Source of the DNA: a virus
Lineage: Duplodnaviria > Caudoviricetes
Length of the DNA: 29,899 nucleotides
Direction: 5' to 3' (one strand)
Virus record (IMG/VR): IMGVR_UViG_3300012172_000013
Location: 1-29,899 of that record
Of this stretch, positions 8,030 through 15,547 are shown piece after piece (within the stretch, counting starts at the first letter, position 1; each line of letters begins with the position of its first letter). The notes beneath the pieces were generated by a model. That model was given only the letters and a program-made list of their open reading frames with translations. It had not been told where the DNA came from and did not search any database. Both the position numbers and the translations under genes were made by a program.

Positions 8030-9555
8030 GCATCCTCCCTGGCTATGGTCGGGAAGGGAAAAGCCGTCAGAAGTTTTTCTTTACTCGCTAAGTCTAATCC
8101 TCTAAGAATACCATCAAGTAAAGTATGCTCGGGTAGATTAGTAGTAGCGAGAAGCTTCGCCATCTTGTAGGACTCGCTTGGCCCAAGAACTACATGCATT
8201 CCTTGGACTAGAGCAAAGTTAGAAGCCCGCTCAAACCATTGAACAACTGGCGCGGCTTGCTTATTCAGACCTACAGTTATATGCTTAGCTAGCTGCCAAT
8301 CATATTCCCATTGTAAGAAAAAAAACCGGCGACTGAAGGCAGCATCAAATGCAGTGCGGGAGGGAAAAGCAGGATGAGCACCGCGGCCACACGTATTCCC
8401 GTCACCAATTAGGTAAAAATCCTTATGGCGTTGAATCATGCCTTTGTCTGTAGATAAGAATCCGTTATCAAGCGCCGTGTTCAACGATACTCGAAAATTA
8501 TCATTCGCTGCATCTAACTCAGACCATTGAAACAAACCCCCATTCCCATAGAAGTCAACGAACGTAGAACCATAGTACTTGCCATCTATAGGGCTTGAGT
8601 ATCCTTTAACTAAATACTCTGGCGATTGCTCTGATAATGAACAACCATCAAAACGCACACCTAACGCCTCTGCGAGCTGGGGCCCTACTGTAGTTTTATG
8701 GCCACCCGGTGCGCCGTGCAGATAGATATTTTCCCCAGCCTGTAACAAAATCAACGCTTGTTTGAATTGCTTATGGACGTTGTGTATTTTGATATCTGGA
8801 AAATCTGGGCGTTTGACGATGATTGACGGTATTTCAAGACGTTCAAGCTTCTCACGAGCAACCTTATCAATTGCATTGATTGCGCTGTCTAACTTGCGTG
8901 TAATGTCTGCTACCACTTTCTCGTGCACTCTACCACTGATAATGTCTAGCAATGCATCGGGACTATTGGATTGGCTTGTCATAGGATTTCTCATCTCCGT
9001 TGTTCTAGGTTGCGGATCATCCGTTGGCAGCTCCATTTTATGTACTTCATCATCACCAAAGTCAGGGACGCTGAATGGTCTCGGGCGTGGGATTGTTTCA
9101 TTCTTAGGAGGCGGAGCGGGTTTAATCTCTGCCTTAGGAGGAACAGCCCCTTTAGAAGTAAACTTGTTTGTTGGATGCCATCGGATTGGCTCGCCTTTTA
9201 TCTGCTCGCTAAACGGTAAAGGGCATCTATCGTCCATCTCTAGCCTTGCAGAATGGGAGCCGTATGGTTGGTCACAGGCAGCACAAACCTCAAACAGTGG
9301 GGGTTTGGCCCACTTAGGTTTGGGGGCTTGCTCATGCTCTTCTAGTACCGCTTCGTAAGGCCAGACTTTCGGCGCTTTGCAATTAATATGAAAGCGCCTC
9401 CGTGATTCACCGGGTTTAACTGTTTTATCCCATTGGATATATTCTCCAGGTGTAATAAGGCCTTGGCACACTGAGCAAGTGCAAGCATAGTGTGCCTTAC
9501 TCTGCATTGGCATGGTATCTGTTATCGCGCCGGTTATTGTATTCTTGTATTTCAT
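8017..9555 (-). CDS. MoxR/CbbQ/CobS-like AAA+ ATPase with Cys/His-rich N-terminal extension
   Basis: Walker A HGAPGGHKTT, Walker B variant FQWSELD, RHKDF, GNTCGRG, DAAFSRRF; AGGAG RBS before ATG 9555. Confidence 0.88.
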   Translation of the reverse strand: MKYKNTITGAITDTMPMQSKAHYACTCSVCQGLITPGEYIQWDKTVKPGESRRRFHINCKAPKVWPYEAVLEEHEQAPKPKWAKPPLFEVCAACDQPYGSHSARLEMDDRCPLPFSEQIKGEPIRWHPTNKFTSKGAVPPKAEIKPAPPPKNETIPRPRPFSVPDFGDDEVHKMELPTDDPQPRTTEMRNPMTSQSNSPDALLDIISGRVHEKVVADITRKLDSAINAIDKVAREKLERLEIPSIIVKRPDFPDIKIHNVHKQFKQALILLQAGENIYLHGAPGGHKTTVGPQLAEALGVRFDGCSLSEQSPEYLVKGYSSPIDGKYYGSTFVDFYGNGGLFQWSELDAANDNFRVSLNTALDNGFLSTDKGMIQRHKDFYLIGDGNTCGRGAHPAFPSRTAFDAAFSRRFFFLQWEYDWQLAKHITVGLNKQAAPVVQWFERASNFALVQGMHVVLGPSESYKMAKLLATTNLPEHTLLDGILRGLDLASKEKLLTAFPFPTIAREDACKL

Positions 9556-9583
9556 ATTATATACTCCTATAAGTACGTGTTGG

Positions 9584-10042
9584 TTACTTGTCAAGCTTGA
9601 TATGGTGATACTCTGCTACGGCCCTTATACCAGCCTCTTGAAAAGGTACGCCCTCGGCCTTAAGCCGTCCGTATACGACCTTAACATCTATAAGCTTTTG
9701 CAGATATAACCTAGCTTCTTCCGGCATGGTATGCCCAAAAGAATCAAAGAATTCTCGGGCTTGTTCTAGCTCGCAGTACTCGTTAAGGCCATCCCAAGAT
9801 ATATGGCCATTATCTGTATCCATGAGCATAACCCCGCCTAGACTCCGATATGTGCTACACTTGGGCTTGTTCCACCAATCTCCGGGCTTGCGTGGGTCTG
9901 TAGTCTGTGAACAGAATCTAAAGCCCTTCCCCTTTTTAAACTCCAACCAATAGCGTATTTTACAGCGTAGTCGGAATCCATACGGATAATCATTGACTAC
10001 GTATGCAGTTTCCGGGCTTATGTGGCCAGTTAATGGTATCAT
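9584..10042 (-). CDS. Hypothetical phage protein
   Basis: GGAG RBS; 152 aa with protein-like composition (DYPYGFRLRC). Confidence 0.8.
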   Translation of the reverse strand: MIPLTGHISPETAYVVNDYPYGFRLRCKIRYWLEFKKGKGFRFCSQTTDPRKPGDWWNKPKCSTYRSLGGVMLMDTDNGHISWDGLNEYCELEQAREFFDSFGHTMPEEARLYLQKLIDVKVVYGRLKAEGVPFQEAGIRAVAEYHHIKLDK

Positions 10043-10106
10043 GCTATCTCCAATCTTAGGTTAAAGGTAATTATTCTATAAACTCCATCAGTTAAGTCTA
10101 AACACA

Positions 10107-10280
10107 TTAAAAGCAGCGTATTTGTGTAGATAGTTTTTGAATTAGTCCATATTCTATGATGTAACCTACATCAATAGCCGTAGGACTAAGTTGGCGAGCC
10201 TCTATAATGGTTCGACATTTATCACAGTATTGAGTATCGTTAACGCAAATCTGACAATCTGCTAGTGATATGGTGTTCAT
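10107..10280 (-). CDS. Small CxxC-CxxC protein (57 aa)
   Basis: Hand translation MNTISLADCQIC...YCDKC. Confidence 0.5.
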   Translation of the reverse strand: MNTISLADCQICVNDTQYCDKCRTIIEARQLSPTAIDVGYIIEYGLIQKLSTQIRCF

Positions 10281-10541
10281 CTCCATATATCCCTTAAGTC
10301 ATCGCAAGTATCTTCAACCAAGCATAACCAATCGGTAAACCGTACTTTCAGGACATGCCTGGTGTCGGAATTCCATAGCTTATAGAGATATCTCATATTA
10401 ACTCCATCCTAACGTAGGTTAAGCATAACAAGCTTAATCGCGCCGATAACCAATATTCCGAGCATCCAGTAATATAATACATCAAACATGTAAAGCTTAT
10501 AGAGCATATACTGTGCCAGCGTAGGAGTGTATATATATCAA

Positions 10542-10556
10542 GGGGCCGAAGGCCCC
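10542..10556. other. GC hairpin GGGGCC-GAA-GGCCCC
   Basis: Perfect 6-bp stem; no clear U-tract; nested in a GAGCATATA/TATATGCTC inverted pair. Confidence 0.6.
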
Positions 10557-10567
10557 CTATATGCTCA

Positions 10568-10589
10568 TATGTGACATGGCTGTCACATA
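10568..10589. promoter_or_regulatory. Operator-like palindrome TATGTGACA-N4-TGTCACATA
   Basis: Perfect 9-bp inverted repeat in the intergenic divider. Confidence 0.6.
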
Positions 10590-10619
10590 ATATCGGACAA
10601 TCGGAAGCATATGTCATAT

Positions 10620-10632
10620 TATCAAGCACTTA
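10620..10632 (+). promoter_or_regulatory. IHF-consensus site
   Basis: TATCAAGCACTTA matches WATCAANNNNTTR. Confidence 0.55.
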
Positions 10633-11225
10633 GCGATTGTCATATTTGTCAATTTAGTATGTCATTGTCATAGCTGTCATGTGCTGGGCACTGTACCGGG
10701 TAAGATGCCCGGAATCATTGATGAAAAAGTACGTTGGAGTATATATATAGTAGAGAGTTAAGAAACGTTTGGAGCATAGTTAAGATTCTATGCAAGGGTT
10801 GTACGTCTTGACTCATTACCGCGGACACCTCATCGACCGTCGTATATATTCGTATATACTTTAAGATACTCTCTTAGTATATACGATGGGAGATAGGAAA
10901 CGTAGGGGCTAACAAGCAATAGCAAGCGCTAACCCTAGGGGAAGTATATTCATATTAAGAAGAGCATATATAGTAAGCATATTAGATATAATGCACTCGC
11001 GAGCCTAGGGTTCAAGTGCATTAACTGCCATGCAATCAAAGACCTGCATGTTACCCATCGTGAAGGTTATGCCGCTCATAAGAAGCTAGTACGATTGCTC
11101 GATTATGATTATCTAGCAGCAATAGTGAAGATTCAGCAAATACGAGCTTGTTATATACTGCTATGTACTAGCTGTAGAACTAAGCATGATGGGCAGAATG
11201 ATACTACTAATAGTGATAATGCGAG

Positions 11226-11254
11226 TTGACTATACTAGCAATAGTGGTTATACT
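11226..11254 (+). promoter_or_regulatory. Sigma70-type promoter facing the morphogenesis arm
   Basis: TTGACT-17 nt-TATACT. Confidence 0.65.
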
Positions 11255-11777
11255 TGTATATATAAACTTGTGACTAGTATTTAGGAGTCTGTTACTAGGA
11301 AATTGTTCTATATTATAAGCTAGTTAGCATATGGCGCGTATAATTCCCAAAAATGAGAATGCTAGTCAACTTGACATAGCATCAAGTGTGCACGGTTTAC
11401 TAAGTATGCAATCTTGCTACTATATTACGCATATTCTAGCCCCCTGTTTGGTCTATCTACCCACCATAGTGGCATCCTTAACGGGGGGCATGGTTAGCAC
11501 TAGCATCCTAGCATTAGCTATGTACTTGATATCATTAGGATTGTCTTTGTTGGCTTGATTAGCTTTGTGCCCCGATCCCACCTGGTGGGTGGGCTCCGCC
11601 CCGCATACTGTAAGCCCGGTAGCAGGCTCATTTTGAAACAAGCATATAAAGCTAACAATATCAAGCATATAGCCCCCGCTGGCATGTATCTAGCCTAAGC
11701 ATAGCCTAACCAAGCATATAACTAAGCACGCTACCCTAGCTAGAATCGAATCCTTGTGCGTTTAAAAGGCTATCCTA

Positions 11778-11954
11778 ATGGCTTCCAGTATGACCGTTGA
11801 CTGCCCCCATTGCGGGTACTTAAACATAATCGAGAACTCAGCCTTTTGCTACCACTGCCGTTTGTTCCTGGTTCCAGAAGAGAAACTAGAGATGGATAAG
11901 GGTGCTCCAATAGACGTATGGCTAAAGAAACAGCGTAATGGGTATCTCAATTGA
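11778..11954 (+). CDS. Small Zn-ribbon protein (58 aa)
   Basis: Hand translation; CPHC...CYHC. Confidence 0.6.
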   Translation: MASSMTVDCPHCGYLNIIENSAFCYHCRLFLVPEEKLEMDKGAPIDVWLKKQRNGYLN

Positions 11955-12084
11955 TCTGTACCCTATGGTTGGTTTAAGCATCATCATGCGCCTAGACTAT
12001 CCCATGCTATCATTCATTATAGGCCCTTTTCTTATACGTACCGGGGACTTAGACAACATTAACGAGCAGGCTAGTGATGAGTAG
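11938..12084 (+). CDS. Small hydrophobic protein (48 aa)
   Basis: Hand translation MGISIDLYPMVG...; overlaps both neighbours. Confidence 0.45.
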   Translation: MGISIDLYPMVGLSIIMRLDYPMLSFIIGPFLIRTGDLDNINEQASDE

Positions 12085-12490
12085 CGGGGGTAAGTTCAAG
12101 AAATCAGATCATGGGCAGGATATACTTGATTCGGATGGTAATGTAACTGCCCGTATTTGCATAGATTGCCATGAAGCTAAGCCCCTAGACCAGTACCAGA
12201 TACAGGTAGGTGGTAAGAAAGCTAGAGACTGTAAGGTCTGTAGGCGGGCTAAGTTTGTTAGGGGCATGGAAGCCGCTAAGCAAGATGGCGTAGAAGTAGA
12301 TAAAGCTTGGGTAATTAAAGAAGCTAAGAAGCTCTACCTGGAAACTAATAAGTATAACGATAAGATCAAGCTACTAGATACTATCTCTAGGAATCTAGGA
12401 GAAAAGAATCCCGGGCTGACAGACGATGCTAAGCTAGTCAGAGACCTGATCGCTAGTAAGAAGAAAGCACAAGAAATTAAGGGCCGGTAG
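12077..12490 (+). CDS. terS: Probable terminase small subunit with N-terminal Zn finger
   Basis: CIDC...CKVC, then VDKAWVIKE...DKIKLLDTISRNLG resembling TerS oligomerisation helices; position at the start of the packaging module. Confidence 0.65.
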   Translation: MSSGGKFKKSDHGQDILDSDGNVTARICIDCHEAKPLDQYQIQVGGKKARDCKVCRRAKFVRGMEAAKQDGVEVDKAWVIKEAKKLYLETNKYNDKIKLLDTISRNLGEKNPGLTDDAKLVRDLIASKKKAQEIKGR

Positions 12491-12554
12491 TGTAGTGCGA
12501 GCACACCTGGTTTGCACCCAGTTAGCGTGGGTTGGAATCCCACCTGGTCCACCA
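12481..12554 (+). tRNA. tRNA-Ala(TGC) with non-canonical D/T loops
   Basis: Acceptor GGGCCGG/CTGGTCC with G3:U70, A73, encoded CCA; anticodon loop TTTGCAC; T-arm GTGGG-TTGGAAT-CCCAC. Confidence 0.85.
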
Positions 12555-12588
12555 AGAGTTGACACGGCTTCGCCGGGTCCACCAAAAT

Positions 12589-13425
12589 ATGGCAAACGAT
12601 CTAAAACCCGAGAATGACGCAGAACTAGGCGATGGTTTCCAGATCATCCGCCTAGGGTTCTGGGCCGATCCTGATAAAGATGAGAAGTGGGCTAACAGAG
12701 TCAGGGCAGAGTACCCCACTGAAGACTTTGAGCGTGAGTTTGAGCTTAAGCCCGTTGGCCTAAAAGATGTACGCCCCGTATTCGGGGATTATAAAAAGAA
12801 CTTCCACGAGAGCGATACGCTCATATGGCGACCTAGCGCAGGTCGGTTAATACTACGCGGCTGGGACTTCGGGAAGGTTCACCCAGCCGTAGAATTCTTA
12901 CAAGTTATCGGGCTGGAGAAGAACTTCATTGACGAGATAGCACCAGACAATATTATGGAAGAACAATTTGTCCAAATGGTGCTAGCTCATTCTAGCCAGA
13001 ACTTCCGTGGTTGTACGTTTGAAGACTGGGTAGATATTACTGGCCGGAATGAGGATCGTTGGGGCAACTCTAGCCTTAAGACCCTTAGGAGCTATGGCAT
13101 TACCCCGAGAGGTAAAGACCAGGAAGTAGAAGATGGAATTCTTCAAATGTGTAAGGAATTGGTTCTTACTACCAATGGTAGACCTTACATTATGGTTAAT
13201 CCCAAGAAGTGCCCTAGACTTGCTGCTAGTATGCGCGGTGGCTACAAGCGTAACAAGAAAGGCGAGATCATCAAAGATGGTATCAATGACCACTACGTGG
13301 ATGCTGCTCGCTACCCTATTATGGGCTGTACGTTCACGCGGGGTAAAAGCTGGGATGTAGTCCGCCAGAAGATGAAGAATCAGTACGGTAAATTTCCTAA
13401 GCAGGGGAGAGATATACGAAGATAG
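12589..13425 (+). CDS. terL: Terminase large subunit, C-terminal piece (ATPase lid + RNase H-like nuclease)
   Basis: ADPDKDEKW...FEREFE (lid), RGWDFG, WVDITG, DHYVDAARY; ATG 12589 preferred because the track start lies inside the tRNA. Confidence 0.88.
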   Translation: MANDLKPENDAELGDGFQIIRLGFWADPDKDEKWANRVRAEYPTEDFEREFELKPVGLKDVRPVFGDYKKNFHESDTLIWRPSAGRLILRGWDFGKVHPAVEFLQVIGLEKNFIDEIAPDNIMEEQFVQMVLAHSSQNFRGCTFEDWVDITGRNEDRWGNSSLKTLRSYGITPRGKDQEVEDGILQMCKELVLTTNGRPYIMVNPKKCPRLAASMRGGYKRNKKGEIIKDGINDHYVDAARYPIMGCTFTRGKSWDVVRQKMKNQYGKFPKQGRDIRR

Positions 13426-13664
13426 AACTAGGAGATAGGGTTATAGTTGACCCTCATCATCACGCGCGGGGAAGCCAGCATGGTACTGTCGTAGATGCTA
13501 GCGAAGAAGACCTAGACATACTTAACCCGCCCCCGAATAGGTACTGTATTAAGTTTGATAAAGACGGGACAGGTGTCAGGCTTAGGTATTTATTTCTGGG
13601 CGAGAGGGATTTCACAGTGGAGCAAAATGATCTTTACACGTCCAGACCAAGTAAAACCGAATAG
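13416..13664 (+). CDS. Small SH3/KOW-like protein lacking a canonical start codon (ACG)
   Basis: Open frame (T)KIELGDRVIVD...GTVVD...YCIKFD fills the gap; GGGGAG 6 nt before ACG; in-frame TAA at 13398. Confidence 0.5.
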   Translation, partial: TKIELGDRVIVDPHHHARGSQHGTVVDASEEDLDILNPPPNRYCIKFDKDGTGVRLRYLFLGERDFTVEQNDLYTSRPSKTE

Positions 13665-14574
13665 CCAACTCTATATTGTCACAAGTCTCTTTAACCCAAT
13701 CCGCTGGAAGTCACGATGGAAATTATATCTTGACTTTGCACGCCATGTTCAAGAGTCAGAAGGCGAGCTGTTCACTGCTGAGGTATCGTTCAGGAAACGT
13801 GAACATGTATTACCAGTGAACGACCATAACCTCCGGCTTACAACTAAGCATGAGTTCTGGCTTAAAGAGAATGCACTTAACCTAGCTATACAAAGACTCC
13901 CTGATGACTGGGAGTATGTTGCATGGGTAGATGCGGACGTTCAGTTTGTTCGAGAAGACTGGTGTAACGAGACAGTTCACCAGCTTCAGCATTACGACAT
14001 GGTGCAGATGTTTTCTGAGGCTGCTGACTTAGACTCGCAGCATCAATTGCATCAGAAGCATAAAGGCTTCGCGTGGTGCTATCACAATAACATTCCTATC
14101 TGCCAGGCAGATAATAACTACTACTACCCGCCTGCGAAGAAGGGCTTGGTTTATTGGCATCCTGGTTTCGCTTGGGCGATTAGGAGAGATGCTTTCGATA
14201 AGCTTGGTGGGTTGATTGACTTCTCCGTATTTGGCTCCGCTGATTGGTTGATGGCGAGAGCACTGATAGACAAGCTTCCTGAAGCTCTCTATCTCGGCGA
14301 GCATGGGCTACGCTGGTTGGAGATATGGAATGAGAGAGCGAAGCTACTCAATCATAATATTGGTTATGTTGATGGGTTGCTCCTTCATAACTGGCATGGT
14401 CCTAAAGCTGATCGCAAGTATAAACAGAGAGCATTAGACTTTCATGCTACTAACTTCAATCCTGAAGTAGACTTGAAAAGAGACTGGCAAGGGCTCTGGC
14501 AGCTAACAAATAATAACTTGCTCTTGCGGGATGCTCTACGTAACTACTTCAGGGGCCGCAACGAGGATGCGTAA
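13627..14574 (+). CDS. GT-A fold glycosyltransferase
   Basis: KENALNLA, AWVDADV (DxD), HPGFAWA, GSAD, HNWHG; GGAG RBS before ATG 13627. Confidence 0.82.
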   Translation: MIFTRPDQVKPNSQLYIVTSLFNPIRWKSRWKLYLDFARHVQESEGELFTAEVSFRKREHVLPVNDHNLRLTTKHEFWLKENALNLAIQRLPDDWEYVAWVDADVQFVREDWCNETVHQLQHYDMVQMFSEAADLDSQHQLHQKHKGFAWCYHNNIPICQADNNYYYPPAKKGLVYWHPGFAWAIRRDAFDKLGGLIDFSVFGSADWLMARALIDKLPEALYLGEHGLRWLEIWNERAKLLNHNIGYVDGLLLHNWHGPKADRKYKQRALDFHATNFNPEVDLKRDWQGLWQLTNNNLLLRDALRNYFRGRNEDA

Positions 14575-14662
14575 AAAGCCGCGAATAAAAGGCAGACGTA
14601 ATAAAGCCTATACGCAACTAAAGACACCAAAGGCGCGAATAAAATTAGACAAGCGCAAGTAA
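14567..14662 (+). CDS. Very basic 31-aa peptide
   Basis: MRKKPRIKGRRNKAYTQLKTPKARIKLDKRK; fills the gap exactly. Confidence 0.5.
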   Translation: MRKKPRIKGRRNKAYTQLKTPKARIKLDKRK

Positions 14663-14666
14663 ATGA

Positions 14667-15368
14667 ATGAGTCAACCAGAATTCACAAGACGAGAAGCAT
14701 TAGAGGCTACAGCAGATCAACTGCTATGGGCTGCTGAAGATATACTTTTCTTCTCTAACTTTGTTAAGACGCATGATAGCCATGCTAAGGGCGATAGAAT
14801 ACAGCCCTTCCCTGTTGATAAGAAGTATATCAGTAAGCTTCTCCTAGCTGGGGGTAAGCTTCCTAGGTTAGCAGTTTATAAGTCCAGGCAGATGCTAGTA
14901 ACCTGGATTATGTGCATTGTGTGTATATGGGAAGCTTTATTCAAACCCGGCAGCGTCATCGCGCTAATCTCTCTCAAAGAGGAAGACGCCGGAAAACTTA
15001 TCGGGCGGATGAAGGTGATATACGATCACCTACCAGAGCACTGGAAGCTAGCTCTGCCTCCTGTCAAGTTCTACAGAGGGAAGAAGGGTATTATACTGCG
15101 GATGATCGTAGAGCATCCGCTAAGTGAAGGCCCACCTAGCACGATAGAGGCGTTCCCTCAAAACGGTAATCCTGGGCGCGGTGAAACTCTCTCACTAGTT
15201 TACTGGGATGAAGTAGGTGAGTGCGATGATAGAGAGTGTAGGAATATGTACGCTTCACTTCGTCCTACACTAGAGAACGGTGGGCGCTTAATTATGTCCA
15301 GCACTCCTCCGCGTGACCCTGAGCATTTCTGGGAGCATTTTTGTACTAACCAATATTTCGGAGATTAA
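14667..15368 (+). CDS. terL: Terminase large subunit, N-terminal ATPase piece
   Basis: VYKSRQMLVTW (Walker A variant), GRGETL, VYWDEV (Walker B), IMSSTP (coupling motif); stops 19 aa later. Confidence 0.9.
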   Translation: MSQPEFTRREALEATADQLLWAAEDILFFSNFVKTHDSHAKGDRIQPFPVDKKYISKLLLAGGKLPRLAVYKSRQMLVTWIMCIVCIWEALFKPGSVIALISLKEEDAGKLIGRMKVIYDHLPEHWKLALPPVKFYRGKKGIILRMIVEHPLSEGPPSTIEAFPQNGNPGRGETLSLVYWDEVGECDDRECRNMYASLRPTLENGGRLIMSSTPPRDPEHFWEHFCTNQYFGD

Positions 15369-15547
15369 TGAAAACATATTTATTTATAATTTGCCTGTTC
15401 CTAGTAGCCTATGAAGGGGTTGCTCTTATCAATAGGCCCGCAGGGGATACTATCTCCGAAGTCGTGTGGTACTTAAGCCGCCGACCCATAGTTCCTTTCT
15501 TGTTCGGTCTTTTATGCGGGCACTTCTTTTGGCAGAGGCTTGACTAA
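15368..15547 (+). CDS. Small two-TM membrane protein (59 aa), holin-like candidate
   Basis: MKTYLFIICLFLVAYEG...DTISE...PFLFGLLCGHFFW; TAATG overlaps on both sides. Confidence 0.7.
   Translation: MKTYLFIICLFLVAYEGVALINRPAGDTISEVVWYLSRRPIVPFLFGLLCGHFFWQRLD

Noticed and set aside
22-9953. Plus-strand ORFs in the left arm (e.g. 22-294, 736-1005, 1192-1716, 8762-9358)
   Set aside because: Antisense shadows of well-supported minus-strand genes
10570-10587. CRP site
   Set aside because: TGTGA/TCACA half-sites are spaced by 8 nt, not 6
10393-11668. ORFs 10393-10629, 11331-11558 and 11453-11668
   Set aside because: No convincing RBS or motifs, and they overlap repeat-rich regulatory DNA; 11331-11558 cannot be fully excluded
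12532-12588. Track start of the TerL nuclease ORF (MESHLVHQ...)
   Set aside because: TTG start lies within the tRNA T-loop; ATG 12589 is more plausible
12481-12591. tmRNA or a trans-translation device joining the TerL halves
   Set aside because: It is a compact cloverleaf with an anticodon arm, the ORF lies outside the acceptor ends, and the N-half has a normal stop
15340-15368. Split intein joining the TerL halves (Cys in FCTNQYFGD)
   Set aside because: Only 8 residues from the Cys to the stop, with no intein block A pattern, and no HN-C/S/T block at the start of the C-half
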